Below are positions 58,660 to 64,000 of a stretch of 64,000 nucleotides of DNA, piece after piece. The notes beneath the pieces were generated by a model. It saw nothing but the letters and a program-made list of their open reading frames with translations, did not search any database and was not told the origin of the DNA. Positions within the stretch are counted from its first letter, which is position 1. Each line of letters begins with the position of its first letter. The DNA is from Clostridia bacterium. GTDB taxonomy: Bacteria > Bacillota > Clostridia > UBA1381 > UBA9506. Location of the stretch: assembly GCA_045595795.1 (NCBI GenBank), contig JAZOBC010000024.1, positions 3,440 to 67,439 of the forward strand, written 5' to 3'. Position numbers and translations under genes: made by a program.

Positions 58660-59700
58660 TTATTTTACTTTTACACCATTAACAACGTTCTGTTCAATTT
58701 TAATAGTCATATCTGACTTAAATGAATCCAGAAGCGCGTTGTATTTATCCTGCGAAAGCTGACTCTTAATGGCTGAAACGGCATTGTCATAATCTGTACC
58801 TGAGGTGGGCAATGCATACTTCTTAATAATATGCCAGCCATATGAGGTTTCAACCAACTCAGAAACATCACCTACTGCCATAGCAAAAGAAGCTTCTTCA
58901 AATTCTGCTACCATAGCACCCTTGGTAAAGGTATAGCCTTCGGGGGTTTCTGTCATACCCGGGTCTTCGCCATACTCAGCAACTAATGTATCGAAATTAG
59001 AACCGGCCTTTGCTTTTGCAAGCACTTCCTCAGCCAGTGCTTTCTTTTCTGCTAAAAATGCTTCATTAGAAGCATCAGTTGCTTCGCCTTCTGCAGTTGC
59101 CTGCTCCTCAGGAGTGTTACCGATTAAAACGTGCTTAACATGAACATATTCTTGTTCATAAGCAGTCTGCACTTCTTCATCTGTGGGCATTACACTGTCA
59201 GCGTCATTTGCTGCAACATCTTCATAAAAAGCCATTGCCAGTGCTGCTTTATCCTGCAGGTCAAGCAGCTGACTCTTACTAAGACCGGTAACAGACAGCA
59301 ATGCATCCAAATTAGCCTTTGTTTCTCTATCGTTGCTATTAACAAACTCACGATTTTGCTTAAGCAGCTCTTCAGAAGCACTAAGACCCTTTTCCTCAGC
59401 CTTGATGCACGCAATTTCAATTCTAAGCATTTCTTCAAGGGCACGATTCTTTGCCGCTTCGCTGGCTTTTACGCCGTCAATTTCAGCATCCCAAAAGCCT
59501 GCTGAATCAGTTGTGCCGGATTCCTGCAGCATCAGAGCCTTCACGCTCTCTAAATAATACATAAACTCTGCTTTCATTAAAACGCGGTCATTGACTGTGG
59601 CAATTTCTCTTGAAATCTGCAGTTTACCGCAACCGGCAAAGCTCAATGCCAGGCAGCATACGCATGCCAAGACAACAAGTTTTTTCATTGTTTTCACCAT
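58660..59700 (-). CDS. PrsA/SurA-like parvulin peptidyl-prolyl isomerase lipoprotein
   Basis: Lipobox LSFAGC and the parvulin domain HVKHVLIG...SYGWHIIKK. ATG 59700 lies 5 nt after GAAGGAG. Confidence 0.85.
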   Translation of the reverse strand: MVKTMKKLVVLACVCCLALSFAGCGKLQISREIATVNDRVLMKAEFMYYLESVKALMLQESGTTDSAGFWDAEIDGVKASEAAKNRALEEMLRIEIACIKAEEKGLSASEELLKQNREFVNSNDRETKANLDALLSVTGLSKSQLLDLQDKAALAMAFYEDVAANDADSVMPTDEEVQTAYEQEYVHVKHVLIGNTPEEQATAEGEATDASNEAFLAEKKALAEEVLAKAKAGSNFDTLVAEYGEDPGMTETPEGYTFTKGAMVAEFEEASFAMAVGDVSELVETSYGWHIIKKYALPTSGTDYDNAVSAIKSQLSQDKYNALLDSFKSDMTIKIEQNVVNGVKVK

Positions 59701-59781
59701 CAACACTCCTTCTCCGTCCGTTTTTTGCAGCCGGAATATATTTTTTCAATATGATTTCATATATTTCTTTTTAATTATACA

Positions 59782-62700
59782 CTATTTCGCTTCTTGTTGC
59801 AAGTCTTTCAAGGCTTGTAACAAACTTTTAATACAAGACACCACTGCTTTTTTATCCGACTCTGTCATACGGTAGGCAAAATACGGCTTTTGTCCGGCCG
59901 AAAGGAGAATTTTCCCCTGATATTTCCCAATGAGTGCCGCAATCACAGCAGGGTCAAAGCTCTCTTTAAAATAGCACAGCACGCTGCCATCCCGCAGGGT
60001 AACCTGAGAAATGCCTGTTTCCTTTGCAAGTGCCTTGGCCTGTGCCGCAAGCAACAAATTCTCCACACAGGCAGGATATTCCCCAAAGCGGTCAATGAGT
60101 TCATCGGTCACCTCTCTGCTATCAGCTTCTGACTGCACTGCCCCGATTTTTTTATAAAACTCAAGCCGCAACCGATGACTGCGAATATAGGTTGCCGGAA
60201 TGTAAGCATCGGCTTCAAAGTCCAGCTGCGGCTCCCAATCCTCTTGCACGGTGGGAAGCCCCTGCAGCTCGTTGACGCACTCTTCCAGCAAGCGGCAATA
60301 CATATCATAGCCCACAGTTTCCATGTGTCCATGCTGCTCAGCACCCAAAAGATTACCGGCACCGCGTATTTCTAAGTCTCGCATGGCAATTTTAAAGCCT
60401 GAGCCAAACTCTGTAAATTCACGAATGGCAGAAAGTCGCTTCACCGCTTCTTCACGCAGGGCTTTATCACGCCGATAGGTCAAATAGCAATAAGCACGGC
60501 GATTGCTGCGCCCTACCCGTCCTCTGAGCTGATAGAGCTGAGAAAGCCCCAAACGGTCGGCATCTTCAATAATCATGGTATTCACGTTTTGAATATCCAG
60601 CCCCGTTTCAATGATGGTGGTGCAGACCAAAATGTCAATTTCACCCTCTTGCATTAGCATCATCACGTCTTCCAATTCTTCAGGGTCCATCTGACCATGG
60701 GCATAGCGAATCCGCGCATCGGGCAACTCCTTGGAGAGCCTTCGGGCACAGGCAGAAATGCTTTGGGTCTGATTATGAAGATAATAGACCTGCCCCCCGC
60801 GGGATAGCTCTTTTTTAATGGCATCCAGCACAATCACAGGATTATATTCCACCACATACGTTGAAACCGGATACCGATCCTGTGGTGGCTCAGATAACAA
60901 GCTCATGTCTTTAATATGCACCATAGACATGTGCAATGTGCGGGGAATGGGCGTGGCTGACAGGGTCAGCACGTCTACATTATTTTTCATTTCTTTAATC
61001 CGTTCCTTATGACGCACACCGAAACGCTGCTCCTCGTCAATGACCAGCAGTCCCAAATCCCGAAACTCTACATCCTGTCCGAGCAACCTGTGGGTGCCAA
61101 TAATAATATCTGTCTCGCCGGTTTTCAGCCGCTTTAAAATGGCGGTCTGCTCCTTGGCAGAAATCAGTCGCGAAATCAATTCCACACGAACGGGAAAGTC
61201 CTTCATTCTGCGCTTAAAGGTATTAAAATGCTGCAAAGCAAGGACTGTGGTGGGAGCAAGATATGCCACCTGCTTGGAATCCTGCACCGCCTTAAAGGCA
61301 GCCCGAATGGCCACCTCGGTTTTGCCGTAGCCCACATCGCCGCAAATCAGTCGGTCCATGGGCTGCTCGCTTTCCATGTCTGCCTTAACCTCGGCGATGG
61401 CAGAAAGCTGATCTTCCGTTTCTTCATAGGGAAAATGGTCTTCAAACTCTTTTTGCCAGGTTGTATCCTCTGAAAAGGCATAGCCCCGGGAGGCCTGCCT
61501 AGCAGCATAGAGCTGAATCAGGCCTTGTGCCAGCTCCATGGTGGACTGCTTGACCTTGGCCTTTTGCCGTGAAAAATCGGCACCGCCCATTTTTGAAAGC
61601 CGCACCCGTGCCTCTTTGCCGATATATTTTTGCAACAAATCCAGCTGGTCGCAGGGAACATAGAGATAATCCGTTCCTGCATACTGAATTTTTAAATAGT
61701 CCTTATAGTGCCCGTCTACTTCCAGCGTATCTAAGCCCACATATTGACCAATGCCGTGGGTGTTATGCACCACATAATCTCCAATATCCAAATCATCAAA
61801 GCTTTTGAGCTGATTGCCCTTTGCCACCTTCTTTCGGCGACTGCGGCGGGACTCTCTTCCAAAAACCTCTCCCTCAGAAAGCACGACTAAACCGCACTTA
61901 GGATAGGAAAAGCCCCTTTTGAGGGTGCCCTCTAAAATCAAAACCTGACCGGCAGATGCATCATCAGGATTTTTCGATAAAAAGACAGGAAAATCCTGCT
62001 CGGAAAGTTCTCTGTGCAAAGCCTCACTTTGCAATGCCGTTGCCGCAACTAGCACCACGGCACTTTTCTCATCAAGCCAGTTCTTCACATCGGCATATAA
62101 AAGCTCACGTCTGCCGGAATAGGTATTCATGCCATAGCTCGTCAGATTGAGGCTTGCCTTGGGATGATAATCCCTGACAGATTGTGGCAGGGTGAAAAGC
62201 CCCACAAAGGGATGCTTCAAAAGAGCCGAAACAACGGTTTCGTAATCGTGAATATACTCTGGCTCTGCCTCCTGAATAACACCCTTTTCCAAAAGTGCTG
62301 AAACCGTTTCTCCAATATCCCACAAATAGCCCTCTGCGCGTTCACGAATGCGCTCTGGCTCATTGAAAAAGACCAAAGCATTTTCCGCTATATAATCTGC
62401 CACACAGGCTTTTTCTTTGCTAATTCCCAACTGCTCGCGGGCTGCTTCAATCCGCACAGAATCAAGCCGCTGCACCGAGGTTTGCATAATGGGGTCAAAT
62501 TCACGGATGGAATCAATATCATCACCAAAAAATTCAATTCGATAGGGATTTTCAGCTGCCGGCGGATAAATATCCACAATGCCGCCCCGGGCAGAGAATT
62601 GTCCTTTCGATTCCACCATTTCCTCCCTGACATAGCCCATTTCAGAAAGCTGCGCCAAAAGCTCTGCAGAGGAATAGCTACCGCCATCATCTAAGGTAAT

Positions 62701-63120
62701 CATGGAGCTTTTAAAGGCTGAAAAATCTGCGGCATATTGAAGCAGCGCATCAACACCTAAAACCAAAACGGCAGAGCTTCCTGCTTCTGCCAGCCGTCCC
62801 AAAGCTGTTAACCGCTGGGCCTCAAGCTCGTTGCTTTTTGCATCAACTTTATAATATTCAATTTCCTTTGAGGGATAATAAACGGCATCCTTTCCTAAAA
62901 AGAAGCCGATGTCCTCACAAAATCGCTTGGCTGTATAGTCGCTGTCGCAAACCACCATGGCACCGCACTGTTTTTGGGCGCAAAAAGACGCGGTCAGATG
63001 TGCTTTTGACTGCTCTGTCAGCCCTGTGACCGACAAAGGAAAAAGCTGCTGCCCGAACACCTGATTCAGCTCCTGCCACTCCTGCTTAGTCGACAGAATT
63101 CTTTCAAACAATACCATCAC
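59782..63120 (-). CDS. mfd: Transcription-repair coupling factor
   Basis: 1112 aa with the RNAP-interaction domain DYVVHNTHGIGQY and helicase motifs CGDVGYGKTEVA, DEEQRFG and QLRGRVGRS. Confidence 0.97.
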   Translation of the reverse strand: MMVLFERILSTKQEWQELNQVFGQQLFPLSVTGLTEQSKAHLTASFCAQKQCGAMVVCDSDYTAKRFCEDIGFFLGKDAVYYPSKEIEYYKVDAKSNELEAQRLTALGRLAEAGSSAVLVLGVDALLQYAADFSAFKSSMITLDDGGSYSSAELLAQLSEMGYVREEMVESKGQFSARGGIVDIYPPAAENPYRIEFFGDDIDSIREFDPIMQTSVQRLDSVRIEAAREQLGISKEKACVADYIAENALVFFNEPERIRERAEGYLWDIGETVSALLEKGVIQEAEPEYIHDYETVVSALLKHPFVGLFTLPQSVRDYHPKASLNLTSYGMNTYSGRRELLYADVKNWLDEKSAVVLVAATALQSEALHRELSEQDFPVFLSKNPDDASAGQVLILEGTLKRGFSYPKCGLVVLSEGEVFGRESRRSRRKKVAKGNQLKSFDDLDIGDYVVHNTHGIGQYVGLDTLEVDGHYKDYLKIQYAGTDYLYVPCDQLDLLQKYIGKEARVRLSKMGGADFSRQKAKVKQSTMELAQGLIQLYAARQASRGYAFSEDTTWQKEFEDHFPYEETEDQLSAIAEVKADMESEQPMDRLICGDVGYGKTEVAIRAAFKAVQDSKQVAYLAPTTVLALQHFNTFKRRMKDFPVRVELISRLISAKEQTAILKRLKTGETDIIIGTHRLLGQDVEFRDLGLLVIDEEQRFGVRHKERIKEMKNNVDVLTLSATPIPRTLHMSMVHIKDMSLLSEPPQDRYPVSTYVVEYNPVIVLDAIKKELSRGGQVYYLHNQTQSISACARRLSKELPDARIRYAHGQMDPEELEDVMMLMQEGEIDILVCTTIIETGLDIQNVNTMIIEDADRLGLSQLYQLRGRVGRSNRRAYCYLTYRRDKALREEAVKRLSAIREFTEFGSGFKIAMRDLEIRGAGNLLGAEQHGHMETVGYDMYCRLLEECVNELQGLPTVQEDWEPQLDFEADAYIPATYIRSHRLRLEFYKKIGAVQSEADSREVTDELIDRFGEYPACVENLLLAAQAKALAKETGISQVTLRDGSVLCYFKESFDPAVIAALIGKYQGKILLSAGQKPYFAYRMTESDKKAVVSCIKSLLQALKDLQQEAK

Positions 63121-63124
63121 CTGT

Positions 63125-63691
63125 TTATTTCATTCCGTTATATTGATTCATGGCGCTTTGCACGCCCCTTTTCATGATTGTCTCCACCATGGCAGGCACT
63201 TCGTCAACTGTTTTTGCCATGATTTTAATCTGTTCATCCGAAAACTTACCCAAAACCCAATCTGCCAAATCATATTCAGGCGGTTTTTTGCCAACGCCTA
63301 AACGAATGCGGGGAAAGGCATCACTTCCCACATGATATAAAATTGACTTGAGACCGTTATGCCCACCATCAGAGCCCTTGGGACGGATTCTGACTCTGCC
63401 CTCATCTAAATTCACATCGTCACAAATGACAATGAGATTCTCCGGTGGAATTTTGTAAAACCGCAAAATCTCTCCGGCACTTTCCCCCGAAAGATTCACA
63501 TAGGTCTGCGGCTTAACCAAAAGCACCTTTTCGCCGCCTCGCTGTCCTTCGCCAATCAGTGCCTTGTGCTTGATTTTATGAATCGTAATCCCCCAGCTGG
63601 CAGCCAAAAAATCCAAGCTGATAAAACCAATGTTATGCCTTGTATTATCATATTGTTTGCCGGGGTTTCCGATGCCTAAAATAACGTACAT
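63125..63691 (-). CDS. pth: Peptidyl-tRNA hydrolase
   Basis: GIGNPGKQYDNTRHNIGF and GHNGLKS motifs. 188 aa. Confidence 0.97.
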   Translation of the reverse strand: MYVILGIGNPGKQYDNTRHNIGFISLDFLAASWGITIHKIKHKALIGEGQRGGEKVLLVKPQTYVNLSGESAGEILRFYKIPPENLIVICDDVNLDEGRVRIRPKGSDGGHNGLKSILYHVGSDAFPRIRLGVGKKPPEYDLADWVLGKFSDEQIKIMAKTVDEVPAMVETIMKRGVQSAMNQYNGMK

Positions 63692-63692
63692 A

Positions 63693-64000
63693 TTATGCCT
63701 CCGATTTTCTTCGTAAAAGTGTCACTGCCACGCCGTCGCCCACCGGCAACACCGTGGTGAAAAACCGACTGTCCGAACATAAAAAATCCAAATAGTCGCG
63801 CATGGCGCGAACGCCGGTTCTGTGCTTGTGAGCCGGTTCTCCCGGAGCGGCTGTTCTGCCGCCATATAAAACATTATCCGTCACAATGAGTCCACCTTCT
63901 GCGGTTTTGGGCAGCACAAGCTCAAAATAGCGCATGCTGGCACCTTTTGCCGCATCAATAAAAACCATGTCAAAGGTGCCATCTAAGGTTTCAATCACCT
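63693..64000 (-). CDS. Class I SAM-dependent O-methyltransferase (family 3, YrrM/TrmR-like), N-terminus outside the window
   Basis: C-terminal FDMVFIDAAKGASMRYFELVLP...GGLIVTDNVLYGG pattern. The frame is open to the window edge. Confidence 0.75.
   Translation of the reverse strand, partial: VIETLDGTFDMVFIDAAKGASMRYFELVLPKTAEGGLIVTDNVLYGGRTAAPGEPAHKHRTGVRAMRDYLDFLCSDSRFFTTVLPVGDGVAVTLLRRKSEA

Overview
64-kb chromosomal segment of a spore-forming Firmicute, probably Clostridia-like. The sporulation markers are yqfC, yqfD, ylbJ, yunB and a BofC-like gene. A CIRCE operator upstream of groES and an L20-type leader upstream of infC also fit this phylum. Most of the window is housekeeping: fusA (5' end cut by the window edge) and tuf; a complete glycogen operon glgB-glgC-glgD-glgA-glgP plus a GH13 enzyme; ychF; infC-rpmI-rplT; tgt; an EF-G paralog; cca; rny; galE; groES-groEL; hflX; yigZ; and an O-methyltransferase-pth-mfd-PrsA-like gene string. 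One stand-alone tRNA-Thr(CGU) is present. I saw no rRNA, CRISPR array, transposase, integrase or recognisable defence genes. Three regions are accessory-like and are the best candidates for undescribed biology. (1) 16.6-21.7 kb holds a PocR-AraC regulator divergent from a 4-gene operon: ConA-like protein, DegT-type aminotransferase, Gfo/Idh/MocA dehydrogenase and an unassignable 309-aa protein. (2) 23.1-25.6 kb holds an orphan 832-aa cytoplasmic glycosidase-like protein. (3) 42.5-49.9 kb holds a divergent 6+2 gene island: SIS, YjbQ, archaeal-type TIM homolog, YjbQ, FGGY kinase and amidohydrolase on one strand, M20 peptidase and a NagB-like protein on the other. Two small ORFs below the 60-aa track cut-off were found by hand translation. 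Several sigma-A type promoters, intrinsic terminators and two palindromic candidate operators were read directly from the sequence. All functional calls rest on motif recognition by eye, with no database search.
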